Of a DNA stretch of 64,000 bases, positions 10,201 through 18,428 are shown one piece after another. Under the pieces are notes generated by a model that was given only the letters and a program-made list of their open reading frames with translations, ran no database searches and had not been told where the DNA came from. Origin of the DNA: Candidatus Latescibacterota bacterium (lineage in GTDB: Bacteria; Latescibacterota; UBA2968; UBA8231); NCBI GenBank assembly GCA_965248355.1, contig OZ252098.1, positions 2,368,001-2,432,000 on the forward strand, given 5' to 3'. The translations under genes and the position numbers were made by a program. Every line of letters begins with the position of its first letter. Within the stretch, counting starts at the first letter, position 1.

Positions 10201-11341
10201 CCACCTCGGCGTCGGCGAGGCGGACCGTCTCCAGCAGCGGCGCGGCCTCCCGGGCGAAGAGGCCCCCGTTGTAGGGAGGCAGACCGATGGAGGGGTCGCC
10301 CTGGTCGATGATGCGGAAGAGATTGAGGAGGCGGTCGTAGTAGTTGCTGGCCGCCGCCGAGAAGGTGTCGGTCTCCTCCATCCTGCGGGCGACGTCGTCG
10401 CGCACGCGCTTGCGCAGGCCGTAGTCGTCGTAGCGGGAGTCGTTGACCGGCAGCAGCCCCCGGTCCTCGGCGTAGAGCACGAAGAGCAGGCGGTAGAGGA
10501 AGATGAGGGCCGCCTTGTGGACCTCCGGCAGGCTGGCCCCGGAGCCTCTCTTCTGCGCTGCGTCGGCGAGGGCCTGGACGAGCGCCGGGAAGACGCTCTC
10601 GAAGACCACCCCCGACAGATCCTGGGCGACCTGCTCCTCGTAGCGGCGCCCCTCGGCCAGGGCCGCTTCGAGGAAGGACTCGGCGGCGCCTTCTTGGGGC
10701 GTGAAGGATTCGCGGCGGAAGAGCAGGTGGAAGACGCGCAGGTCCTCTTCGCGGCCGGGTTCGAGCAGGTCCGCCAGGTCGGCCTCGAAGTAGCCACTGG
10801 CCCGGGGCCGGGCGCGGTAGTCGTACAGGCGCCAGACGCGGCCGTTGGTGAGCACGCCCCAACGCAGCCGGCTCTCCGACTCGATCTCGGCCGTGGCCAG
10901 GTAGCGGAGGATCTGGCTGTGGGGGGACCGGGCGTGGAACCCGGCCTCCCTGTCGCGCTCGTCCAGGGACAGGCCGAAGCGCTTGCTCTCCTCCAGGGCG
11001 AGGGCGTACCGGGCCCGGGCGCCGGCGTTGCGCTCCGCGGAGGCCCGCTCCTTGGAGCCGGGGTCCGCGAAGAGCAGGTGATCGGGAATGTCCTCGTTGC
11101 CGGCGGTCCTCTGCTGCGGCAGGTAGTCCGCCCACCCGAGCAGCTCCAGAACCGGCCGGATCAGATCCTGCTCGGTGACCGCCTCGTTGGGGTCGGCGGA
11201 ACGGGCGAGGGTTTCGTGGCGCTGGAGGACGGATTCCCGGAAGGCGGAGAAGGCCTGCGGGTCAGCGGCGGATGCCTGCCACTCGGGGGTGGCCCTTATG
11301 CCGTCGGTGAGGAAGTAGTGGGTGAAGAGTTGGCCGGTCAT
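7280..11341 (-). CDS. Type IIG/IIL restriction-modification enzyme (Eco57I-like fused endonuclease + N6-adenine methyltransferase + TRD)
   Basis: N-terminal IPDH...LEESK and WGVLTNGRVWRLY; RKDSGSFYTP; motif I DPAMGSGHFL; motif IV GNPPW; C-terminal TRD (LPLYEGKMV, NLNSFAFDY). Confidence 0.9.
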   Translation of the reverse strand: MTGQLFTHYFLTDGIRATPEWQASAADPQAFSAFRESVLQRHETLARSADPNEAVTEQDLIRPVLELLGWADYLPQQRTAGNEDIPDHLLFADPGSKERASAERNAGARARYALALEESKRFGLSLDERDREAGFHARSPHSQILRYLATAEIESESRLRWGVLTNGRVWRLYDYRARPRASGYFEADLADLLEPGREEDLRVFHLLFRRESFTPQEGAAESFLEAALAEGRRYEEQVAQDLSGVVFESVFPALVQALADAAQKRGSGASLPEVHKAALIFLYRLLFVLYAEDRGLLPVNDSRYDDYGLRKRVRDDVARRMEETDTFSAAASNYYDRLLNLFRIIDQGDPSIGLPPYNGGLFAREAAPLLETVRLADAEVAPLIHDLSHARDAEGKRHFVNYRDMSVQQLGSIYERLLEREPVRGGDGIEIRPNPYARKDSGSFYTPQELVDLIVERTLKPLAEERLKAFEEKADALKSDRRPKAQRQAELLKLDPAEAVLDLKVLDPAMGSGHFLVTAVDFLSDYIADLVEYVPAVPEWLDGEYASPLVGRVAGIREEILRRAKESDWVLDEGQLTDQAIIRRMVLKRCIYGVDKNPLTVELAKVSLWLHSFTVGAPLSFLDHHLRCGDSLVGLRVSEAVQDLHRLARMFAQSAIQGAENATEGMQRIEEMSDSDVAEVQASAELFSGVEKTTSDLRGLLDILCGWRWLTAGMKKKERAAFEGPLDVTLGRHSAEAFKLLARGPESLDGDPPKDKDWPRFVERWNEARALADREGFLHWEAAFPGVWRRWQESRPQGGFDAVIGNPPWDQIEQPEVEWFASRDEQIAGAVTGADRKVLIKQKREAGDRLALEYETVRGRAAAVRVFVRTCGEYPLLSEGRINLYSLFVERAMGLIKQDGFVGLLTPSGIYADKTASHFFKAISTSGRVGGLFDFENRRLGTGLPPFFPDVDSRFKFCALVFGGDERRFDQTECAFFLPDTGTLADANRCFPLTPADFARVNPNSGTAPMFRTRRDAEVTRRIYERQPVLVDRSGGDERRAWPVRFMQGHFNMTSDSHLFRTAEQLEAEGAYPVEGNRWKRGEELYLPLYEGKMVQAFDHRAASITTREGNLFRPGQPDRTLEEEHQDPAFSPRPRYWVNQQESDVLQGVRWLLAFKDITASTNVRTMIAAAIPKVGCGHTLPVLLPSEDGMDAESAACFLANLNSFAFDYVARQKVQATHLTWYTVEQFPVIVPVDYDRRFGAATARDLARDHVLRLTYTAHDMAPFARDLGHDGPPFPWDEEERRHLRARLDALYFHLYGLTREDAAYVLDTFPIVRREDEAVFGRYRTRELILTYMNALAAGDAETRVAV

Positions 11342-11347
11342 GGTGGC

Positions 11348-14300
11348 TCACGCCTCGGGTCGGCTCACGTCGACGACGCAGATCGAGATCTTGCGCGCCT
11401 CGACGGGGGACAGATTCGCTTCCGCTGCCAGCCTCTCGCTCAACTCCTCTGGGTCAGCGGGGCGGCCTCCGGAAGGGGGCGGTTGGGTGTATTCCCTGCC
11501 GAACCAGAATACAAGGTAGATCCCGTAACCGCCGGTGGCCGGGTCAGTGGTGTAGCTGGAGATCAACTGATCTCGAAGGGCGCGCCACAAGTCCCGGTGC
11601 ATGTTCTTCTTGATCTCCACCGGCACCTGGAAGTCCCCGCAGGAAACCCGTATGTCGGCCCTCTTGTCGTTGGCGTACTGCCCCTCGGGCTGAGCGTCGA
11701 CTCCTTCTCCCAGGAGGCGCCGCAGAGCATCGACCAGAGCGTCACGGCACACGTCCTCGTGTCTCGGTCCCGTGGGGCTCCCGTTCGAATCTACATTCCA
11801 GTACTGACGCCAGCCGTCGGTATTGCCCCGGATCTGCAGGGCGAGCGGCACACCTCGAACAGAGCCTTGTGCAGGCGCCTCGGCTCGTCCGCGTGGGCAC
11901 CCAGGGCGCTCAGGTGGCCCCTGGAGCAAGTCCATCAAGAGAGCTGCGAGATCCGCGGCGTTGGCGGGTGTACCGCCGTCCAACGTCTTGCAGATCTGCG
12001 CGATATCGGGATGCTGATAGCCGGCGTCACGGCGGATCACGCGTTGTTCATCCTGCGCCCGCGACAGCACGTCGTGCCACTGTGATAGGGACTCGTCCTC
12101 GAGAAGCCTGGCCAGCGCACCGCTGGCCTCCTTGGCCGGACAGGCAGCGAGGCGCTGGATCAGGCCACTCGCAAGGCGAGAAGCCTCCATTGATGGAGTG
12201 AAGTATCCTCCCTTCCACTGCTCTTCCGGCCCCACGATGCTACCCACAAGGCGCACGAGTAGTTCCAGCGCTGGGCTCCTGAGTCCAGCGGCAACGGATC
12301 TTGCGGAACCTCGAGAGGAGAAGAAGGTCGTCAAGTGCCGCATCCTGCTCTCTCGACCCTCCGAGAACTCTCTCAGCAGATCTTCGTACGCCCCCGGAGA
12401 AACGATGAGGCCCGCTGCCAGCCAGTACACGCGCTGGGAGTCGTTCATGCTCTTCCGGGACAGCTTCGCCTCGATCAATGCCTGCACCGCCTCCCGGTCC
12501 GCATGCTGGATGGCAGCCTTGAGCAGGTGGTCGAGCGCCTCGATCTGCTTCGACTTGCAGCGCGTCGGAAAGGCCCGCAGCAGGGGCAAGCTGGCGTGCC
12601 GGGCCACTTGGACAAGGCCTTTGTCATACGCGAGTTCCGAGATCATTTCGATGTGCTCGCGGCCACTGCGGAACCCGGAGACAGCGGATTCCACCAGCAC
12701 TTGAGCAACCATCTCGGGACGCTCGGACAGGAGCCGCTCGTACCACCGGCAATTGCGGTTCAAGAGGGGCCAGTTGCAGTGGAACGCTATCGCCCGGCAG
12801 ATCAGGTCGTCCTCCAATTGGCATACGTCCGTCGTCTTGGCGGCTTCCTCGATTCCGGCCAGAAACGGTTCGCCGAGATAATGCATCCTGTCCTGCTCCC
12901 TGAGGCGCAGGATTTCCTCCAAGGTCGGAACATCCTCCCGGTGGATCGAGTTCCAGAGGCCGTGGAGGGCCGCATCGATCAGACTGCGTTCGCCTCCGAG
13001 GCTTTCTTCAAGGACCTCGGCTCCCTGCACGTACAGGGTCGCAATGTGGTAGAGCAGCGCGGCTGGTGCCCGGTTCTCGAGGAACGCGGTCTTCCGGGAC
13101 CGGATGTAGTCAAGCTCCTGCTGCCGTTTCTCTTCCTCTTCTTGCCGCAGTTTCTCTTCCTGCTCCAGATGTTCCTGATAGTACCGCGGGGGCGAGAGCA
13201 GTTCTTCCAGCCGCTCTCTCAGCCTCGGGGTCTCCTGCGTCCTTTCCTGCAGGATCTCGAGTGACAGGCCGGCATTGCCGCTGTGTTCGCGATGCGCATG
13301 GACGGCCCAGCCCAACAGGTGCTCCGCAACATGCGGCCTCTCCCCGGCCATGGAGACCGCCTGCTCCAAGCACCAGAGGCCGAAATCAGAGGGCCAGCTT
13401 GCGCCGTACCATCGATGCAAGACGCCAACCATGTGCATACGGGACTCGTCCGATTCCGGGCATCGGCCCATGCCCTCCATGACGATGGCTTTCAGAAGAT
13501 CTGGGCGGTGCTCCAGCCAGGAGCCTATCTGCTGGATGTCCTTCTGGTCGCCCGTCGCGGGCATCGGGCGGTCCTTCGTGAATCCTAGGTCGAGCCAGTC
13601 GTACAGGCGGCCGATGGCCACCTGGTCCCCGTGAGCCTGCAATCCGCGGGCCAGCAGTTTCACGGGAAGGTTCTCCAATCGACTGCTGTTCTCCGCGGTT
13701 GGCCGCAGGCCGCTAAACCGCTCGTTCAGACTATCGAGTAGCTGGGTAACCTGATCATCCGAGGACTTCTCGGGAAGGCCGAGCATGTAGAAGCCGTAGT
13801 ACATGCCGAAGAATGATTCCCTGTCCCTTGTCGCATAGAAGCAGTCCCATACCTCCGAGGGTGACAGGTACCGGGGATAGAGCTCGTATAGCAGGATGCC
13901 TAGTAGTTCGTTGTCGGGATCGGAGACGCGCTCACCGCGAATATCAGCCAGCAGCGATTTCAGTTCGTCGGCTCTATCCCGGCTGTCCGGGGAGTTGTGG
14001 ATGAAGGCATTAAGAGCCGATGTGTTGACACTCGGCCAGCGCGTCTTGTCGCGGACGATCTCCAGCAGAAGCGCGCCAAGGTCCGGGAGAGGTGTGCCCT
14101 CAGACAGAGCTCGCAAGACGAAACCGGTGAACAGCTCATCGTCCCTGCTACGGCCGGGATCCGTCAGGATTTCCCTGAGGACAGGTCCCATCGGCGGCGT
14201 AGCAAGTTCCCCAAAGGCCGCTGCAGAACTCCACAACGAACCAAGCCGGATCCCCTCGCGCTTCAGTGATGCCAGGAGCGCGCGTCTCTCCTCCAAGGAG

Positions 14301-15457
14301 ACCCCCCCGATGTCGCCGTACAGCCCCACGCCAATGGGATCGCGTTCGATGAGGTCCATCCGGGCTACGGGGGATTGAGCCGCGAGCCAGGCGGACAGGC
14401 CTCTCATCTCGGTGACCACGGTGCCATCCTCCCCCTCCATCAGGGCGATGACCCGGCGGGTGGGCAGCCTCTCTTGAATGACCCGGGCCAGATGCCGGGC
14501 GCCGAGGTACTCGGCGATGTGGCGGTGAACCGGGGAGAAGCGGTTGCTGGAAGCGCCCTTGAATAGCTTCGTGGCGAGTGCGAGACGGAGCACCTGACTG
14601 TCGTAGTCACACTGGTCCAGAACGGGATACTCCTCGTCCGGCTGGCCTCGCAACGTGTACCCGGATCCGCCTGAAATCAGCTGTAGTGCGCAGAGGCGTC
14701 CTGCCGCGTCGAGAAGCTGGTCTGGCGGAGGTGGACCGTCCGGCTCCTGCGCAGCTGCATGCTCGTCGTTGTGCTCGCGGACCATCTGACGGCAGGCCAT
14801 CTCGAAGGTCTGCATGCGGCTCTCTGGCCATCCTTCTCCCGCACCGACGACATCGGCCAGCATCTCCAGGGTCTGCGGGTTCGGCAGAAGCCCCTCGACC
14901 CGTCGCTCCTTTGCTGCCTTGATGAATGCATCCGCATCCGGGATGTCGGGCCGGGCATCCAGGATCGAGGCAACATCCCTGTCCGTCAGGGGATCGAGTC
15001 GCAGCACCGTCACGCTGGAATCCGGCGAGACCGCCTCCAGGTGCTTCCGGTCATTCTCCCCCAGCCAGTCCGCCTCCCGGCAGGACAGGCGAAAGCGCGG
15101 CTTGCCCAGCGCATCGAGCCTCCCGCGGATCTCGTGGAAGGGGGTGCGCACGTCCGACGTGCCTGCCCGGATCTCATCGAGTCCGTCGATATAGAGGGTT
15201 TTGCCGCGCCACTCGGGATGGTTCTGTGGGTCGAAGGTCAGGAAGTCACGGGCGGTGACCAGGCACGCCTGCTCCCCGAGCGCCTCACACTCCTCCTCGA
15301 AGGCTGTGGTCTTGCCGGCGCCGGGGTCGCCCACCAGCACATAGGCCGGCGAGTCCCGGAACTCCTCCAGAGGGCGGGACTGACTTTCTTCGTGTTGAGG
15401 CCGCTCGCCATCCTTTTGCGAGATCTCGGTGCAGGTGCGGAGTACTCTCACGCCCAT
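11348..15457 (-). CDS. NACHT/STAND NTPase with helical middle region and C-terminal PD-(D/E)xK nuclease domain
   Basis: LVGDPGAGKTT, LYIDGLDE, RLSCREADW, PVHRHIAEYLGA; C-terminal EDVCRD...KRADIRVS...VPVEIKK...GYGIYLVFWFG; GAGGAGG RBS before ATG 15457. Confidence 0.8.
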   Translation of the reverse strand: MGVRVLRTCTEISQKDGERPQHEESQSRPLEEFRDSPAYVLVGDPGAGKTTAFEEECEALGEQACLVTARDFLTFDPQNHPEWRGKTLYIDGLDEIRAGTSDVRTPFHEIRGRLDALGKPRFRLSCREADWLGENDRKHLEAVSPDSSVTVLRLDPLTDRDVASILDARPDIPDADAFIKAAKERRVEGLLPNPQTLEMLADVVGAGEGWPESRMQTFEMACRQMVREHNDEHAAAQEPDGPPPPDQLLDAAGRLCALQLISGGSGYTLRGQPDEEYPVLDQCDYDSQVLRLALATKLFKGASSNRFSPVHRHIAEYLGARHLARVIQERLPTRRVIALMEGEDGTVVTEMRGLSAWLAAQSPVARMDLIERDPIGVGLYGDIGGVSLEERRALLASLKREGIRLGSLWSSAAAFGELATPPMGPVLREILTDPGRSRDDELFTGFVLRALSEGTPLPDLGALLLEIVRDKTRWPSVNTSALNAFIHNSPDSRDRADELKSLLADIRGERVSDPDNELLGILLYELYPRYLSPSEVWDCFYATRDRESFFGMYYGFYMLGLPEKSSDDQVTQLLDSLNERFSGLRPTAENSSRLENLPVKLLARGLQAHGDQVAIGRLYDWLDLGFTKDRPMPATGDQKDIQQIGSWLEHRPDLLKAIVMEGMGRCPESDESRMHMVGVLHRWYGASWPSDFGLWCLEQAVSMAGERPHVAEHLLGWAVHAHREHSGNAGLSLEILQERTQETPRLRERLEELLSPPRYYQEHLEQEEKLRQEEEEKRQQELDYIRSRKTAFLENRAPAALLYHIATLYVQGAEVLEESLGGERSLIDAALHGLWNSIHREDVPTLEEILRLREQDRMHYLGEPFLAGIEEAAKTTDVCQLEDDLICRAIAFHCNWPLLNRNCRWYERLLSERPEMVAQVLVESAVSGFRSGREHIEMISELAYDKGLVQVARHASLPLLRAFPTRCKSKQIEALDHLLKAAIQHADREAVQALIEAKLSRKSMNDSQRVYWLAAGLIVSPGAYEDLLREFSEGRESRMRHLTTFFSSRGSARSVAAGLRSPALELLVRLVGSIVGPEEQWKGGYFTPSMEASRLASGLIQRLAACPAKEASGALARLLEDESLSQWHDVLSRAQDEQRVIRRDAGYQHPDIAQICKTLDGGTPANAADLAALLMDLLQGPPERPGCPRGRAEAPAQGSVRGVPLALQIRGNTDGWRQYWNVDSNGSPTGPRHEDVCRDALVDALRRLLGEGVDAQPEGQYANDKRADIRVSCGDFQVPVEIKKNMHRDLWRALRDQLISSYTTDPATGGYGIYLVFWFGREYTQPPPSGGRPADPEELSERLAAEANLSPVEARKISICVVDVSRPEA

Positions 15458-16731
15458 GCCTCCTCGAACCACTCGCCGGCGGACGCCGTGAAGAACTCGT
15501 TGAGCGGAACCCCATCCACCCCGACAAGCAGCAGGCCACAGGGACTGAAGCGTTCCTCGAAGGCGGCCATCCCGGGCAGTGGCCTCCTGCCTCGCCGGGC
15601 CATCCCCTCCTCCCCGCTCTTCACCTCGATAGCGACAACCCGGCTCCCCCGCTTCAGCACGAAGTCGACCTCGTTCGACCCGTCCCGCCAGTAGTGGAGG
15701 CGCATGTCGGATTCGGCGGTGTTGAACAGGTGCGCGCCCACGGCGCTCTCAACGATGCGGCCCCAGAAGGTGCGGTCGGCCTGGGCCTCCTCGAAGGAGT
15801 ATCCCGAGCCGGCCGTCATCAGGGCGGTGTTGAGCACGTTGAGCTTGGGGATGGAGGCGCGCCTGGAGACGGGGCTGCCGGTGTATTTCTGCAGGCCGGC
15901 GAGCAGGCCGGCGCCGGCGAGGAGGTCGAGGTAGCGCGCCAGGGTGGTCGTGTTCCCGGCGTCGTGGAGCTGACCCAGCATCTTGGTGTACGAGAGGATC
16001 TGGCCGGAGCAGGCGGCGCCCAGCTCCAAGAGACGCTTGAGGAGGGCCGGCTTGTCCACGCGGATCATGGCCAGGAGGTCGCGTTCGATGTTCGGCTCCA
16101 CGAGGGCGCCGAGGACGTAGCCGCGCCAACGGTCGGGGTCACGGACGAGGGGGGCTGCCCCCGGGTACGCCCCGAAGTAGAGGTACTTCGGCAGGTCGAA
16201 GTCGAAGGCCGAGGACATCTCGGCGAAGGACCAGTGGGTGACGCGGATGGTCTCGAAGCGGCCGGCGAGACTCTCGCTCAGCCCGGACTGCATGAGCAGC
16301 GGCGCCGAGCCCAGGATGACCACGCGCAGCGGGCAGTCGCGGAGGCGGTCGGCGTCCCACAGCCCCTTCACGGTCTCCGACCAGTCCGGGATCTTCTGGA
16401 CCTCGTCGAGGACCAGCACGGCCCCGCGCGGAAACCGTTCCGCTTCGGTCCGGGCAGCTTCCCACTGACGCACCAGCCATTGCGTGTCCCGCTCCCGCTG
16501 CGAGGTCGCAGGGAAGGTCACCGCGGTCTCGTCGTACAGGAAAGGGGGGTCGGCAGGATCCGGTTCGTCGATGGCCAGGTAGCGGCTGGGCAGGTCGGTC
16601 CGCGCCAAGGCCTGGCGGGCGATGGTGGTCTTGCCGGTCTGTCGCGGCCCGAAGAGGGCGATGATGTGGCGGGGCGGCTCGGCCAGCCGCTTGACGAGGG
16701 TGTCGACCTGGGGGCGCTGGAAGGACTCCAT
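15448..16731 (-). CDS. AAA_14 ATPase with DUF4143 domain, paralogue 2
   Basis: GPRQTGKTT, VLDEVQK, ILGSA, ESLAGRF, HYWRDGSNEVDFV...IEVKSG; stop overlaps the NACHT start. Confidence 0.9.
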   Translation of the reverse strand: MESFQRPQVDTLVKRLAEPPRHIIALFGPRQTGKTTIARQALARTDLPSRYLAIDEPDPADPPFLYDETAVTFPATSQRERDTQWLVRQWEAARTEAERFPRGAVLVLDEVQKIPDWSETVKGLWDADRLRDCPLRVVILGSAPLLMQSGLSESLAGRFETIRVTHWSFAEMSSAFDFDLPKYLYFGAYPGAAPLVRDPDRWRGYVLGALVEPNIERDLLAMIRVDKPALLKRLLELGAACSGQILSYTKMLGQLHDAGNTTTLARYLDLLAGAGLLAGLQKYTGSPVSRRASIPKLNVLNTALMTAGSGYSFEEAQADRTFWGRIVESAVGAHLFNTAESDMRLHYWRDGSNEVDFVLKRGSRVVAIEVKSGEEGMARRGRRPLPGMAAFEERFSPCGLLLVGVDGVPLNEFFTASAGEWFEEAWA

Positions 16732-16732
16732 G

Positions 16733-16785
16733 CCCGGGAAATTACGCTACTGAGTAAATTTACTCAATAGCGTACATTCCCCGGG
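16733..16785 (-). promoter_or_regulatory. Long palindrome overlapping a leaderless promoter of AAA_14 paralogue 2
   Basis: TACGCTA-c-TGAGTAAATTTACTCA-a-TAGCGTA with a perfect 16-bp core; the minus strand reads TTGAGT-17-TAATTT-7-ATG. Confidence 0.75.
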
Positions 16786-16839
16786 GGCTAGTGCGTGCCG
16801 GGGTGGGCTGACAGGGGCGCCGGATGGGGAGGAAATCCT

Positions 16840-17328
16840 TCACTGGCAGCCGTCGTGAAGCTGCCCCAGCACGCCCTTGAACTCCTGCATCTGCTGCTCC
16901 AGGAGCGGCCACACCTCATCCGCCTCTGCGAGGAGCCCGGTGCTGCGCTCCCAGCGCAACTGTCCGCCGCAGATGTTCAGGAACAGGTGCCGGAAACGCA
17001 GGAACGGCCGCAGCCGTTCCGCGAGGCGGGGGGTCAGGACCCGGGGACGGACCCCCTCGACTTCTTCCTCCATCCGGTTCAGGAGCTGGCTGTGCCAGTC
17101 GCCGCCCCGGGGCAACTCCCCGTCCAGCTCCAACGCGATGCGCTCGAAGACGCGCTCGACCCCCGAGTAGAAGTCGTGCAGGACGCTCGCCACCCCGCGC
17201 ACTTCCAGGCGGCTCGGTATTCCGCCCACGCCTCTCAGATCGCCTCGGGATTCCTCGAGCAGGCGCTCGACCTGCGCCATTTCCCGGTCGATGTCAGCCT
17301 TTAGAAGCAGGAACTTCCGGGCGCCCAT
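16840..17328 (-). CDS. HEPN (HepT-like) toxin
   Basis: LHDFYSGVERVFERIA...LPRGGDWHSQLL...RFRHLFLNICG; downstream of and overlapping the MNT gene. Confidence 0.8.
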   Translation of the reverse strand: MGARKFLLLKADIDREMAQVERLLEESRGDLRGVGGIPSRLEVRGVASVLHDFYSGVERVFERIALELDGELPRGGDWHSQLLNRMEEEVEGVRPRVLTPRLAERLRPFLRFRHLFLNICGGQLRWERSTGLLAEADEVWPLLEQQMQEFKGVLGQLHDGCQ

Positions 17329-17689
17329 GGAGCAGCACTCCTTCCCGTTTCGTGCGGCGGACCAGCTCCGGCGGCGCCTCCTCGAGCAGGATGAGGTCGA
17401 CGTCCCGGCCGGCGATCTCCCCCGCTTCGGACAGGGCCTGGAGGTAGCGGTGCGAGTCGAGGCCCCACACGCAGAGGTCGATGTCGGATCCCTCGTGGAA
17501 GCGCCCGGTGCCCGCGACGGAGCCGATGAGATATACCTCGGAGGCCCCGAACCGCTCCGCCAGCAGCGCGGCACACTCTTTCGCCTTGGCGCGGGCTTCC
17601 GCAAGCGCCCGGTGCAGCTCCGAGGCCTCGCGGCGAAGGCGCTCCCGCCAGGCTTCGATGTAGGAATTGCTGTTCGTGTTCCGGCGCAT
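17294..17689 (-). CDS. Minimal nucleotidyltransferase (MntA-like) antitoxin
   Basis: EVYLIGSVAGTGRFHEGSDIDLCVWG...DVDLI; start taken as ATG 17689. Confidence 0.85.
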   Translation of the reverse strand: MRRNTNSNSYIEAWRERLRREASELHRALAEARAKAKECAALLAERFGASEVYLIGSVAGTGRFHEGSDIDLCVWGLDSHRYLQALSEAGEIAGRDVDLILLEEAPPELVRRTKREGVLLHGRPEVPASKG

Positions 17690-17802
17690 GTCGAAGCGGT
17701 ATGCAAGTGGGGCAGTCTGGCCCTGCAAATCATGGTCAAAAAGGCCCGGGCGCGGTGGAATCGGGCCTGGGCCAGCCAGGGCCAGCAGGCTCATTTTCCT
17801 GA

Positions 17803-18021
17803 TCAGACCGTTGGATAGAGCACGTCAGCACCCAGAGCTCGGGCTGCGAACCTCAGGGCTGCCAGAACGCCTTCCCTGGTCAAACGGGGATGCGCCTCCA
17901 GGACTTGCTCGATCGTCTCGCCTGCGGAGAGCTTCTCCAGGATCAGCTCAACGGTGATGCGCGTTCCTGCGACGACGGGCTTCCCCATCATGACTGCCGG
18001 ATCGGATTGGATGAGTCCCAT
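17803..18021 (-). CDS. DUF433 domain protein (VapB45-type antitoxin)
   Basis: IQSDPAVMMGKPVVAGTRITVELILEKLSAGETIEQVLEAHPRL. Confidence 0.9.
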   Translation of the reverse strand: MGLIQSDPAVMMGKPVVAGTRITVELILEKLSAGETIEQVLEAHPRLTREGVLAALRFAARALGADVLYPTV

Positions 18022-18046
18022 CGCCAGGTATCGGGCCGCGTCCGGA

Positions 18047-18409
18047 TCAGGCTTCGCCGGCCGTGCGCGGCTCCACCTCCCGCTCGATCTGGCGCCGGAT
18101 GGTGCGCTCGGCGACCTCGAGATCGTAGCGGGTCTGAAGGTTGATCCAGAAATCAGGCGTCACGCCGAAGTAGCGTCCCAGGCGCAGAGCGGTCTCCGTC
18201 GTGACCTCTCGCTGCCCCAGCACGATCTCCTTCAGCCGGGACCTGGAAACCCTGATCGCCTGGGCGAGGCGGTACACGCTGATCCCCAGCGGCTCCAGAA
18301 ACTCGTCGCACAGAATCTCTCCCGGGTGCACCGGGGGCAGCCGGCGGCCGGACGCCACATCCGAGAGATCGACTTCCCCTCGGTCCAAATTCCCGCGTTT
18401 GATGGGCAT
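18047..18409 (-). CDS. higA: HigA-family addiction module antitoxin (orphan)
   Basis: PPVHPGEIL.DEFLEPLGIS...TALRLGRYFGVTPDFWINLQTRYDL. Confidence 0.9.
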   Translation of the reverse strand: MPIKRGNLDRGEVDLSDVASGRRLPPVHPGEILCDEFLEPLGISVYRLAQAIRVSRSRLKEIVLGQREVTTETALRLGRYFGVTPDFWINLQTRYDLEVAERTIRRQIEREVEPRTAGEA

Positions 18410-18428
18410 GCTTCTAAATGTAACCCCC

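Noticed and set aside
8588..12085. 1165-aa plus-strand ORF
   Set aside because: Antisense shadow of the type IIG R-M gene.
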